Assembly (NCBI RefSeq): GCF_006345805.1 | Contig: NC_043015.1 | Span: 19,158,001-19,222,000 of the forward strand | DNA from: Octopus sinensis | Taxonomy: Eukaryota | Reading direction: 5' to 3' | DNA: 64,000 bases | Shown: positions 48,481-60,995 of the stretch, in pieces | Numbering within the stretch: position 1 is the first letter of the stretch | How the letters are laid out: each line of letters starts with the position of its first letter | Program-made: the position numbers and the translations under genes | Notes under the pieces: generated by a model | The model's database searches: none | What the model was told of the DNA's origin: nothing | Seen by the model: only the letters and a program-made list of their open reading frames with translations

Positions 48481-48769
48481 GCAAAGCAGTAGACAAAATT
48501 TAGAATAATACAAAAAATTTGGCGGGATGAATGAAGATTGAGAGCATTTTCTTGAAAATTATTGAAAACCCTAACTGAAATGAAAAGAAATCATAAGGAT
48601 TGGGGGTACTATTTTAGTTTAGTATTTGAAATGGAATAAATTAAAATAAAATTTTTAAAGATCAAATAAGATAAAATGGGAAAATAAAACAAAATGGAAA
48701 GAATTAGGAATATTGACTGGGATATGAATAACACTATAAGGAAAAAGTTGTAGGAGAATTTTTATGACT

Positions 48770-49050
48770 TCACCAGCCCCAATTTCTAACTTCCTATTCC
48801 CTTGATTGTAATCTGGATTACCATGTGTAGGGCATAGTTGAGAAAGACACCAACTGCACTGTCTACAACACCAAAGCCAAGATAGTGGCTGAGATCAAGG
48901 AGATGTTCAAAGATCTCCCCAGCGATACAGTAAGGAACACATGAGTCAGGTTTCAGAGCTGTCTTGAGGCCAACGTGGAAGCTGAGGGTAGCTACTTTGA
49001 GTAAACTGTTATTTCTCGTCAATAATCTAGTTGATAGTTGATGTTTTTAA
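48770..49050 (+). mobile_element. Tc1/mariner superfamily (maT/DD37D-like) 3' fragment
   Basis: Decayed P-x-S-P-D-C-N-x-LDYHVWGIVEKD..RFQSCLEANVEAEGSYFE-stop. Confidence 0.6.
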
Positions 49051-49118
49051 ATACTCTTATTTTGGGGATGGGCTATTGTGTTTTCTTTTCTTTTTATGCA
49101 GACTATCAAATTATATAT

Positions 49119-51730
49119 CATCGTCGTCGTCGTCATTGTCATTTAATGTCCGTTTTCCATGCTGGCATGGGCTGCACGATTTTACAGGAGCTGGCTGGCC
49201 AGAGAGCTGCCCAGGCTTGAATTGTTTGTTTTGGCATGGTTTCTATAACTGGATGCCCTTACTGATATCAACCACTTTACAAAGTGTACTGGGTGCACTT
49301 TGTGGCACCAGCACAAGTGTTTTTTATATGACACCATGAGCCTGCAAGACAAAGACCTCTCAAATGAGAGGAAGTGGGAAGCATGATTGTAAAGGACTTA
49401 TCTGTATGTATGGATGGCCAAAGTTTTGACATGTCTTCTCAAGCACAGCAACTCACCAGAAATTTTGGTCCCTTCGTCATATCCTCAGTGAGGCCCAATA
49501 TCTCAAGATATTGAGATATCTTTCTCATCACTTCATTTCACGTCTAGCTAGGTCTACCCCTTCCACAGGTTCCTTCTCCAATTAGAGATCGCCACTTCTT
49601 TATACAGCTGTCCTCATCCATACACATCACATGACCAAACTGTGCAGTCTTCTCTCTTGCATACACATCTGATGCCTCTTATACCCAATTTTTTTCTTAA
49701 ATCATTTACACTCTGCCATACATGCACACTGACATTACCCATCCAGCTGAACATGCTAGCTTTCTTTCTTTCAAACCTTCACAGTTCCTCTTTTGTCATA
49801 GCCAATGTTTCACTGCCATGTAGCATAGCCGTACATACACAGGCATCATACAATCTGTCTTTCACTCTCTGAAAGAGAGGCCCTTTGTTACTGACAAAGG
49901 TAGTAGTTCTCAGAACTTTGCCCAGCCTGTTTTTATTGTAGTTCTACTTTCTCTGTTAACCATCCTATGATACTGCTACACTTCTTATGTGTCCATAGCT
50001 GGCATTGAGTACACTGTATGGAGTTTCTCCCAACACTTTTCCTACTTATTGAGCAAGACCATCTCCCTGAAAGGATTTGTGATCTGCCTCTTTTCCTACT
50101 TACTAGGGCTTTGGTATTAGCTAAGTAACACTAAGGCCTTTGATTCCAGAACTTGCTTCCACAACTGAAATTTCTTCTCTAGTTCAGCATAAAGGAGCTC
50201 CCACGGGCAGCCAGTTTTGAAATCCTCCATTATGGCCTGGAGGACTATGATAAACAAGAGTGGGCTGAGAATTGATCCTTGGTAAACTCCTACTTGTACA
50301 TTGACTTCATTGTTATACACATTGCTGACCTTCACCTTATTGATAGTATCCCTGTACATGGCTTGTACACTCTTGCCAATCACTTATTTATCCCAAACTT
50401 TTGCATTGACTACCAGATGAGAGAGTGTGGGAACCCTGTCAAAGGCTTTCTCCAAGTCGGCAAAAACCATGTGCCAAAGTTTATTCTCAGCTAAATACTT
50501 CTCCTGCAGTCACCTTACCAAGAATATAAAATCAATCATGCTTCTCCCAGACACAAAACCAAACTGCATCTCATCTAGGCTAACCCTCTTTGTAATTAGT
50601 TGAGCTATGACCCTCTCTAACTTTCATTGCCTAGTTCCAACAATTTGCTACCTCAATTTCTGTCTAAGGCATCAACTTTACCATTGTAGCAGTTGACTAT
50701 AATGCTGCTACACCAGTCAATGGGTATGATTCCTGCATAGACAACTTGATTAGGTTGATTAGACAACCTGATTAGGTGGATGAATAAGCCATATCCCACT
50801 CCACCAGATATTTTACGCATTTCAATGCTGTTTCTTGAAGTGCCAGGGGCTTTTCCTGTCTTTGTATCCTTAATTGCTTCATCTACCAAGCTATTGTAAA
50901 TTCAGATAGTTAGTCCTTTGTTGGATACACATTAGGAAGACTCTCCTCACATGCATATTCTACATTTAATAGCCTTTCATAGTGGTATTTCCAAGCCTCT
51001 TTCTTCACAGAATCACTAACTGTAAGCAAACATGCTTCTCTCCAACAACATCACAATTTTATCTCACACACTGCCTTGCAATTGGAAACACTTCAAGCCT
51101 CTGCTCCTCAAGCTACTGAACATTGGCAAATTTCTTCCTTTCTGCTTCTCCCCTTGCTAAATATACCTGCCTCCTAATCTCCCTCCAAGCTATCTGATAT
51201 AGTTCCTTGCTACCATCACTCTTCCAGTCCTTCAAAGTCCATTTCTTCGCTCTAATGGTCTTGTTCCTTCCCTGTTGCACCAACCTTAGGTCTGAAGGAG
51301 ACTATGTACCAGCCAAAAATGTGGTCAGTGGCTCTCATTAAGTCATCACATAGGAACCACCAGTTATCCTCTGTGTTATATGTCACTGTCTTCTCCTTCT
51401 CATCAAATATTTCAATTACTACATCCCTAAATCTCTGACTATTTTGTGGTTCTTTAAGCTTCCAAATCTTTCTTTTCTTGGTATCCTTCTAGTCCTGAGC
51501 TTGAAGTCACCAATGACTAGCCTATGTTGAAGGGTACACTCTTCGCTTGAGAAGGACTTTATATTTAAAACTAACCATCTCTTTCAGTTTCTGGTGAGAA
51601 TGTAGTCAATCAACTTGTATGGCTACCAGATTAATAAGTGAACAAGTGACTGGCTGGTTTGCTGAAGTTAGTATTGCAGATCATAAGTTCATTTGCATCA
51701 CAGAACTCCAGCAATCTATAGGGTGCCTCA
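49119..51730 (-). mobile_element. Older, degenerate RTE LINE (relative of 19093-22390)
   Basis: (GAC/GAT)n tail; GVYQGSILSPLLF and GCPWELLYA (50117-50383); TGKAPG..IPIDWCSS (50653-50889); many stops. Confidence 0.9.
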
Positions 51731-53959
51731 ATGCACCCCACAGAAGCCACCCATAAGGATTGATTCAATAAATCAATTTATATATAAACTTATTTGCTGA
51801 ATCAGTACTTATTTCAACAGAATATATACTTCTTGTTGAAGATGTTATTATCATTTCATTAGCATATCATAGTTAAAATAATAATAAATCCATAATAAGC
51901 AACAAATCCAAATTAAGAGGCCAAGAAATGAACCTAAGAGAACAAAAGAATGAAAAGGAAAATGAATAAATAAATGAACAGGTATCTCCAGAATCATACA
52001 TCTATTAATAGTGTCTTCCCTAAAGTCATTAGGGTAGCTAACTGCACAACTTAGTATCTACTTTGTTATTTGATAATGTTGTTACCCACTGTTTATTGTC
52101 AAGAGTTTTTTTTTGTCTTTTTTTTTTACCACCAATTGATTTACTTGTAGGCTTTTTTGTAAAATTATCTATCATTTTCTCATGCTCCCTTGAATACAGA
52201 CAGATTTTTCTAGGCAGATAAAACTAAATTATTTCATGATGAAGATGTGTTTTTTTTTTTCTGAAATAATAGAATGTTTGAGGAATGAGAAACCAGTTCT
52301 CATGCCATTATATTTATAAGTATATCTATGTAGCGAGAATATTCAACAATCGTCCGATATCATGATTCACTAGAATATTGCCCATGAGATCAACAAAATC
52401 TGACCAATCACAATTTCATGTCGAATAGGCTCCAGTAATGACTATTTTTTTCTTTTGGTGCACTTCCTTCTGAGCCTATTGACCATTATAAATTCAGTAT
52501 GTCATCAACACTAGACAGAGAGCTTTGGGATGCAGCAGAGAGAGCATTGACAGATACTGTAAGAGTTAAACAGAAATGGCAGAGAAGAGCTGACAACACA
52601 AAGGCAATGAACAGTTGGAGGGTGAACAACATTAGAAGACAGTAGCTGGCAAGCAACTAACCACACTTTATCTGCTGCTACAGCTACACCATGAACAAAC
52701 ACTCTCTTGATGTTTTGTCACTTGTAGTAACAACAACTATTATTTCTTGTGTATGAAAAGAAGAAATTGTTGTTTATCAAAATCTCAAAAGACACCAATG
52801 TTCCCTTTTATATATCTACATCATTAAAAAATAATGAGTGATGTATAACAACTAAATTAAAAGTATTAGATACTGATAAAATAAAAAGTATATATATTAT
52901 TATTCAAAAAATATTGAATAACGTGTAACAGATATATCCAAACATTCACATACTCACACAAATACGAAAGTAAAAACATGCACACCTGACTTTCAATCAG
53001 TTCATCCATAAGAATATTCACTTATACACATTTATATACGCACAGACGCACACACACACACAGTTTTTCTTGCAATATTTTATCCATCTTTATCACACAG
53101 TCCACATTTTTGATGTAACTGAATTTGGAAAAAATATTTTATTGGGCCTGATTGATTCATAATTTTAAATTAGTATATTAATAAGGATATTCACAATAAT
53201 TCAGTGAATTACTAACTAAATTTAGTATTGTATTATAAGTAATATAATTGTATTTATCTTATGTATACAACTATTTTTGTAGATGAATAAAAGTTCAAAA
53301 TTTTATTACTTTATTTTATCTTGAATAATTATAAGCATCTAAATTAAATTTAATAATATACAAATAAATTTATAGTAAACCCTAGAGGAATTAAAAGCAT
53401 TTCTATTGTCATATTATATATTTCTGGTTCTTCTGTTTTTTCGAAAGTATGAATGCATAAAATTATAAGCATAGGTTTACAGTGGTTTATTTTCCTCTGA
53501 AAAACTAAGTAAATTTTTGTTTTCTTATTTATTTGTTAATTTATTTATTTTACATAATCTATAATATATAAGACAAAAGATGTGAGTGTGTGTGTGTGTG
53601 TGTGACAGGCCATTTACTCGATCCCATGTGAAATCAATATCTTTCATCCAATTTTGTTCATGCTTGGCAAATACTTCCCTTACGTTCCACAGATAGTTCT
53701 ACACTCTTTAGATTTTTCACTTATGGAGTAATATGGAGTAATGGGGCTTCTAGAGAAAGGGTCAGTAAAACCTCCACTTCTGTTGTACAGTGACTTTTGT
53801 GGACAAAGGAAGCAACTTTTTGCAAGGTAACATTCAGAAATTGATTGTCTCCCTTACATTTGTATCCTTTGCTACACTTTTTGGTTGACAATTGGTGAGT
53901 TGTATCCCACAAGATGCTCTGCAAAATATTTCATACACACATCAATGTAGAATTCTGTA

Positions 53960-54530
53960 ATTCTGTCAAATCTACATGTTACGTATGCAAGTACATTACC
54001 AAAGGGTTGGACAGAGCCGTTTTTCGAATAAAATCTACACGATCAACAGATTTTACAAATGATGAAGTGGGTTTTTTACAAAACTGAACGCGACATATAC
54101 ACCAATAAAGTCATATGGAGAACATTAGGATTCCCAATTCATGAAGGATACTCTCCGATGATTCATCTCAGTGTTCATTTGGAAAATAGGTAGTGAATTT
54201 ACTTCACAGAAGACAACCTCATTCAAGAAGCAGCTGCCCCGCCAAAGACCACTCTCATGGCCTTCTTTCACCTATGCAAAGTTGACCCCTTCACAAAGTC
54301 TATTTTGTACGCTGAAGTGCCACATTATTATATATATGGAATCAATCATCTTTCCAGTGACAACGACGCAAACAAGACCTGCCTACACAGTTGGATCCAG
54401 CCATGTACAAAGGCAACACAATCGGACATGTCTACACAGTTCACCTCTTGAACTCCAAATGCTTCCATCTGCTGCTCTTACTTCATGTCATTAAGAGACC
54501 ATCCTCCTTCAACGACCGTTCCACAGTGTA
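53960..54530 (+). mobile_element. Helitron Rep/helicase fragment
   Basis: KYITKGLDRA, LGFPIHE..HLSVHLEN, MAFFHLCKVDPFTKSILYAEVPHYY and TIGHVYTVH..CFHLLLL across frameshifts. Confidence 0.75.
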
Positions 54531-55148
54531 ATAGAATAAATTATGAACAGGCAGTTGCAAAGTATCAAGTCATTTATAACATATTTATAGAGAAGAGGGG
54601 GAAACAAAAAATAGAAACACAGCAGGAACACAGCAGGAAACCAAGAAACACAGGAAACAAAAATAGAAACACAGCAGGAAACTAAGAAAATTCCAAGGAT
54701 GAAAATTCATAGTGATTCAGCATAGATGGGTAAAATATCCAGAAAAATCATTCAACAATGAGAATTCAAATTATCCTTTATGTTTATTTGACTTATATAG
54801 GTAAGTAAAATCCATGGAATCATTGGTGAAAAGCTCACAAGTGATGGATAGTGAAGTATAAAGAACTATCTATACACTTCTGATCTAAAAGAGAATGGCA
54901 TTTTGCTGATTAGCAAAAACTCAATCAGCAACACATTTTAAACACCCAAGCCCATTTAACACACCTGTTTTGCCTACTATAATCACACAAAATGAGTGAA
55001 AATTTCCATATCAAACAGTAGCACCTGTACATATCATGTCTCTTCTCTGACAAACTAATAGAAAAAATCTAATACATTTTTATTTACTTGCTGGTTCTAA
55101 AGTAACATGCATTAAAATGTTAATAAACAAAGCAAGAGCTGTACTGAC

Positions 55149-55261
55149 CTGCAGACTTGGCTACTATTGTGGCTGTCCTATCAGAAAGATGTTTTATATT
55201 AGGTTTCACGAAATCAATGAGAGTAATTGTAGAGAGACTGCTCAGTCCTGATGACAATGTA
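55149..55261 (-). CDS. SLC5 transporter exon containing the TM8 Na2-site motif
   Basis: ttttctgttacag|T...GCAG|gtcagt, 113 nt, phase 2 to 1. Encodes TLSSGLSSLSTITLIDFVKPNIKHLSDRTATIVAKSA; joins 32095 in frame across a 23-kb intron. Confidence 0.92.
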
Positions 55262-55843
55262 CTGTAACAGAAAATGAAAATACTAGTATTTAACCTATTC
55301 TGTAAAGTAGAAAAATGTTTAAATCATTCATTAGAACATGTTTGATTAATCAGAATTTTAGGAGAAGATATACCTAATAATGAGTGATCATCACTATTGG
55401 ATTCAGAGAGAAAATTTGAAGAATATCTGCTTCAAGTTCAAATTAAATAGAGCCACAAGTTGAAAACCATTGTAGATTTGAGTTACCTGCACAATAATAT
55501 TTCTTACATTACTGATGTCTCCTGCTCAAGCTGCTATTCACAAATACTGAACGATTTCAACATTACAAAAATATTTATCTCTCTTCTGTATGTCATCATC
55601 AGTTTTATGTCTACTTTTCCACATTGGTGTGATTTGGACAGGAACTTTTGTGACTGTTTCTTGTTCAAATGACCTTTCTGATATGCCCACAGTTTTAATT
55701 GATTTTTATGACATTCAGAGATATCCTAAAACCAGGATTCACAAAGTATATCTCTGTCTGTCCATCCATCCATCCACATACATACATGCATTTAATAAAG
55801 CAGTGGCCCACAATGTGTTTGCAGTGCCACTATTCATACTAAG

Positions 55844-56165
55844 TGAAGGCATATGGTTCAGTGGTTAGAGCATCAGGCTCACGATCATGAGGTAGTGAGT
55901 TCAATTCCTGGACTAGGCTGTGTGTTGTGTTCTTGAGCAAGATACTTTATTTCACATTGCTCCATTCGCTCATTTGTAGAAATGAGTTGCAACATCATTG
56001 GTACCAAACTGTATCACCCTTTCCCTTGGATAACTTCGGTGATGGAGAGGGGAGGCTGGTATGCATGGGTCACTGCTGGTCTTCCATAAACAACCTTGCC
56101 CAGACTTGTGCTTCAGAGGGGAACTTTCTCGGTGTAACCAATGGTCATTGATGATCGAAAGAGGT
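55844..56165 (+). mobile_element. tRNA-derived SINE (second CORE-like family)
   Basis: TGGTTCAGTGGTTAGAGC A-box, GAGTTCAATTCC B-box and TTCTTGAGCAAG core. Confidence 0.75.
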
Positions 56166-56719
56166 ATTTACTCATACCAACATCTGGGCTGCTTGATTGG
56201 TTGCTTGATGAGAGCCAAACTACTGATGTGAAAACCCAAAAGATACTTACAAGTGCACATAATTTCCACATCAACGTAAATGAAAACAAGGAGACAGAGG
56301 CTTAACATTGATTCAGACTGCCTTTAAATGTCATATCAAATCCCTTCAGCAACATCTTTTAACCACCATGTGTCAAAGTTTATCCCTTGATCAAGTTTGC
56401 ATACCTGAGACTTTGAAAGCAGCTCCTTGAGCAGCATTCTTTGTCTGAAAGCCTTAAATACATGCCCAATGAACTCACACAACTCTGCTGCAATGTATCA
56501 TCAGATGAAAGGATGAGCATATGTCAGTAGAACACCATGCATAGATACATTATTAGAAAGTTCTGGGATAACATAGATAATCAAAGCAGTGTATCATGGA
56601 CCAACAACCAAATTACTCCTACTTTGAAGGGAACAGGAAATATCAACCAAATACCTGATGCACAAACAGGACAGAGATGCAGCAAAATGTGACAACAGAT
56701 GCAAACTATGTGGAGTTAA

Positions 56720-57820
56720 CTTCGAAGACACATCAAGGTATCTTTTTACGTCATCCAAGGAATTGAAATTTTTACCATTAAGACTATGCTGCAGAGACCT
56801 GAATAAGTGGAAATCCGAAGGAGCAATATCTGGTGAATATGGAGAGTGGGGTAACACATCCCAGCCGAGCTGCAGCAATTTTTGTCTGGTTCCCGAAGAA
56901 ACGTGCGGACTTGCATTATCATCTTGGAAAACAACACCCTTCCTGTTGGCCAATTCTGGACATTTCTCTTGAATTGCTGCTTTTAACTCGTCCAGTTCTG
57001 TGCACTATTTCTCAGAATTAATTGTCTGGTTACTTGAGAGAAGCTCATAGTACAGAATTCCTTTCCAATCTCACCAGACACAAAGCAAGACTTTTTTTAG
57101 AGTGAAGATCTACTTTTGGGGTGGCTAAGGGTGGCTCATGTCGCTTACTCCAGGATCGCTTTCACTGAACATTTCGGAGGATAATCCCTTTCTCATCATC
57201 TATCACAATTTGCTTTAAAAAAAGATGCGTTTTCATCCCGTTTATTAAGCAAATCACAAATGGAAATACAATCCAAAAGGTTCTTCTCACTCAACTCATG
57301 TGGTACCCAAACATCGTAGCGATTTGTGTACCCAAGCTTTACCAGGTGCTCATGAACGATGGATTTTGATAGTTTGAGGCTTTCTGCCAATTCTCGGGTT
57401 GTGCAATGTGAGTTATTCTCAATGACTTGATTTGGTCATCATCTGTAGTGGATGGTCTGCCTGTTCGCTCTTTATCAATATTGCTACAATCTCCAGCTCG
57501 GAACTTTGCAAACCACTTTCATACAGTTCTTTCGGATAAAGAAACATCACCGTAAACTTGGTTGCTTGTGAGGCATTTTCCCCTTTACAGGAAAAGAAAA
57601 GCATCAAGCACTGAAAATGAACTTTCTTATCTTTCATTTTAAAGAGTTACAGAATTAACACAGGTTATAGGAACATAAATCTTCTTCCACAAAAAGATAG
57701 CTTAAACTGTGCTCTAAATGGAGGTGTAGTCAAATCATATTTTATAGACTCAACCATGTTCTAAAATAAGTCGAAAGGTAAGCTGTTATAAATCGGCACA
57801 GACTTTCCAGACAACCCAAT
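56720..57820 (-). mobile_element. Degenerate mariner transposon
   Basis: YDVWVPHELSEKN (57196-57390); FQDDNASPHVS..HSPYSPDIAPSDFHLF (56594-56953); TIR at ~57790-57820. Confidence 0.85.
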
Positions 57821-57929
57821 ATATAATATATTATATATATGTATGATATTATATATATATATGTATATATGTTATATGTGTATAATATTATATATATATA
57901 ATATATATATATATGTATATATATATATG

Positions 57930-57966
<37 letters not shown>

Positions 57967-57982
57967 TATATATGTTTATGTA

Positions 57983-58030
<48 letters not shown>

Positions 58031-58058
58031 ATATATATGTATGTATATATATTATGTA

Positions 58059-58093
<35 letters not shown>

Positions 58094-58262
58094 TATATTA
58101 TATATATATATATATATATTATATATATCTATATATATTATGTATATATTATGTATGTATATATATATGTATATTATATATATATATATATATAATATAT
58201 TATATTATATATAGATATATATATATATATATATAATATATATAATATATATACTATATTTA
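57821..58262. repeat. (TA)n-rich microsatellite
   Basis: Direct inspection. Confidence 0.95.
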
Positions 58263-58264
58263 TA

Positions 58265-58989
58265 AAACAATGATAAATCTCAGAGCGAGTTATAAACAGT
58301 AGCGGTAACACATCGTGACGCATATTTGCCATTTGAATATGGCTAACCCCTAAGGTGGATGCTACTGTAGTTTGTAGCCCCAGGAAGATACCTCCTCCAG
58401 CTGGCTATAGACACACTTTCTGTGCCTATCAGTATTGTGAAGGAAGACATCCTTCCCGTCTTCAACTTATGATACACACGGACTCGAGTTTCAAGGTGTT
58501 GACCTATCATCGGCGTGTGACAATCATAGTTGTCGACGAGAATTCAGTTTCCCTCACAAATACATATACTTTTTCCAGTGTCGATTGACACTGATATTGA
58601 AAAAGTGAAATCAAACAATGATAAATCTCAGAGCGAGTTATAAACAGTAGCGGTAACACACCGTGACGCATATTTGCCATCTGAATATGGCTAACCCCTA
58701 AGGGTGGATGCTACTGTAGTTTGTAGCCCCAGGAAGATACCTCCTCCAGCTGGCTATAGACACACTTTCTGTGCCCTATCAGTATTTGTGAAGGGAAGTC
58801 ATCCTTCCCGTCTTCAACTTATGATAGGTCAACACCTTGAAACTCGAGTCCGTGTGTATCATAAGTTGAAGACGGGAAGGAAAGTGTGTCTATAGCCAGC
58901 TGGAGAAGGTATCTTCCTGGGGCTACAAACTACAGTAGCATCCATCCTTAGGGGTTAGCCATATTCAAATGGCAAATATGCATCACGAT
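58265..58989 (-). mobile_element. Hammerhead-bearing tandem plus fold-back element (non-autonomous Penelope-like / retrozyme-like)
   Basis: Direct repeat with 348-349-bp period (58265 vs 58613), then an inverted arm 58857-58989 pairing with 58662-58826; (TA)n on both sides. Confidence 0.8.
58475..58519 (-). ncRNA. Minimal type I hammerhead ribozyme
   Basis: CACACG-CCGATGA-T-AGG(TCAACA)CCT-T-GAAAC-TCGA-GTC/CGTGTG. Perfect 6-bp stem I, stem III palindrome ACTCGAGT, GUC triplet; U4 to C is the only core change. Confidence 0.8.
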
Positions 58990-59011
58990 ATATATATATA
59001 TATATATATAT

Positions 59012-59430
59012 ATAACAATGAGGGTCTTTGCAACAAGTTGCTAGACCACATACCGAAAGTATTAGAAATAGCAGCCAGAGGACTGTTATTTCTTTTACTA
59101 CAAAAATATGTCCCCACAGACAACAGTATTTGTAACTCATTATGTGGCAAAAAAACGAAGAAAAATAACGAAATCAAACAGTCCACGGTCAATTATGGAC
59201 GCACGTTTCTGGATTAGAATCGAAGATTCATTTCCTTTATCAACATAATATTCCGATAAATAAATCTAGAAATGCTAATAGTATTTCTAATACTTTCGGT
59301 ATGTGGTCTAGCAACTTGTTGCAAAGACCCTCATTGTTACAATTAGATATAATTTTACCGAATATGGTCCTATTCCATACCGAAATACTACTTGGTGAAA
59401 TTTGTTGATTTTATTAAATTAATTATATTT
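59012..59430 (-). mobile_element. Hammerhead-bearing element with a 58-bp inverted repeat
   Basis: Perfect IR ~59013-59070 / 59282-59339, an extra ~90 bp beyond the right repeat, a hammerhead inside, and (TA)n flanks. Confidence 0.7.
59192..59249 (-). ncRNA. Type I hammerhead ribozyme, U3-A8 variant
   Basis: ATTATG-TTGATAA-A-GGA..GAATC(TTC)GATTC..TCC-A-GAAAC-GTGC-GTC/CATAAT. Perfect 6-bp stem I, C3-G8 replaced by U3-A8, quasi-palindromic ACGTGCGT. Confidence 0.75.
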
Positions 59431-59981
59431 CACCTTTATCTATATCTATATATATATATAATATATATATACGTATATAATGTATATATAATATATATAT
59501 ATATATATATTATATATAATATATATATATTATATAATATAATATATATATATATATATAAATTTATATATAAATATATATAATATATATATATTTCACA
59601 TATTCCCTTTCTACCAATGTAAAAACGGAATCTCTACACAAGAAAGAATCAACAAAGAGAATCCTTTTATTGAAAAATTCCAAATGCATCTTAATATGCA
59701 CACGATGACCATACTCCTTTCTAGAATCCTATCTGGCAAAAAATTGATATAGGCATCCTGTTTGACAAAAAAAATCCATCATTCCAATTAAAGAGCATAA
59801 AATCCACAGAGTTGTCTCACCTTACTCACAGGAACCGGATAACTCCTACCCCACTTCCTGTTTTGACATACATTTACCCAATGCTTTAAACCAAGCACTA
59901 CTTTGGAGGATCCTAATCCTCCAAAGAAGTTTTTCCAAGGACTATTATTGAACTCTAAAAGCATAAAGACTCTACAATGTA

Positions 59982-60926
59982 TTGGTATACTTATATATTA
60001 ATTTTTGTATATATGCAGATGATACGAAAGTCTCGCAGAAAATACACAACCCCAGTGATGTTGCACACCTGCAGCAGGAGTTGGACTCAATCTACAGATG
60101 GGCTGAGGATAATAATATGCAGTTTAATGCTGAAAAATTCCAGGCCCTGCGATACCAGCATCCAAAACTGAATATTAAACTTACAGGATACACCGGTCCA
60201 CAGGGAATTTCAATCCCAGAGCCTAAACCAGTGAGGGACCTGGGTATCGACATGAGTGATGATACCTCTTTCCAAGTGCACATTACCAGGATGGCGACAA
60301 AGTGCAGACGACTGATTGGGTGGATCCTAAGAACATTCAGAACCAGAGATAAGGAAACCATGATGGTCCTCTGGCGGACATTCGTCCTCAGACGCCTGGA
60401 TTACTGCTCACAGCTTTGGTCACCCACCAGTGTAAAATTAACAGCGGACCTTGAAGCAATCCAGAGAAGATTCACAAAGAAGATCGTCTCTTTGCAACAG
60501 CTCAGCTACTGGGAAAGGTTTAAACAGCTAAGACTCTACTCCCTGGAAAGAAGACGGGAGAGGTATGCAGTAATATATGTCTGGAAGATCCTGGAAGGAA
60601 TTGTGCCAAATTTTGGCATTGTAAGCTACACCAATGCTTCAACGGGACGACACTGCATAGTGCCAAAGATCCCAGCAATACCATCATGCTTCAGGACCAG
60701 CTTCTGCAACAGCCTGGGACTCAGGGGCCCACAGCTTTTTAATATTCTCCCAAAGAGTCTGAGGAACTTGCACAAAGTAGATGTAGCGGTTTTTAAATCA
60801 AAGCTGGACATCTTCCTGTCAAGAGTTCCAGATGAACCTACCTCACGGCAAGAGGTGCAAATGAGAGTAGCTATATCAAACTCCATTCTTCACCAAGTGC
60901 CACATATTAGACGAGGTTCGTCGTAA
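59982..60926 (+). CDS. CR1-clade reverse transcriptase C-terminal part (5'-truncated LINE)
   Basis: Open 314-aa frame: YADDTK, VRDLGIDM, RRLDYCSQLWSP, LEAIQRRFTK, LYSLERRRER. Confidence 0.9.
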   Translation: MVYLYINFCIYADDTKVSQKIHNPSDVAHLQQELDSIYRWAEDNNMQFNAEKFQALRYQHPKLNIKLTGYTGPQGISIPEPKPVRDLGIDMSDDTSFQVHITRMATKCRRLIGWILRTFRTRDKETMMVLWRTFVLRRLDYCSQLWSPTSVKLTADLEAIQRRFTKKIVSLQQLSYWERFKQLRLYSLERRRERYAVIYVWKILEGIVPNFGIVSYTNASTGRHCIVPKIPAIPSCFRTSFCNSLGLRGPQLFNILPKSLRNLHKVDVAVFKSKLDIFLSRVPDEPTSRQEVQMRVAISNSILHQVPHIRRGSS

Positions 60927-60995
60927 TAACAGTGTAGCACAAAACGGCGGTGCATCAGCATGGCCGCAGCTCTGAGCTGAAACTAGAAAAAAAAG
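59990..60995 (+). mobile_element. 5'-truncated CR1-clade LINE with stem-loop tail
   Basis: The ORF above plus a short 3'UTR ending GGCGGTGCATCAGCATGGCCGCAGCTCTGAGCTGAAACTAGAAAAAAAA. Confidence 0.9.

Noticed and set aside
59012-59339. Simple Tc1/mariner-type MITE
   Set aside because: The element extends asymmetrically beyond the right repeat and contains a complete hammerhead; reinterpreted as a retro-type element.
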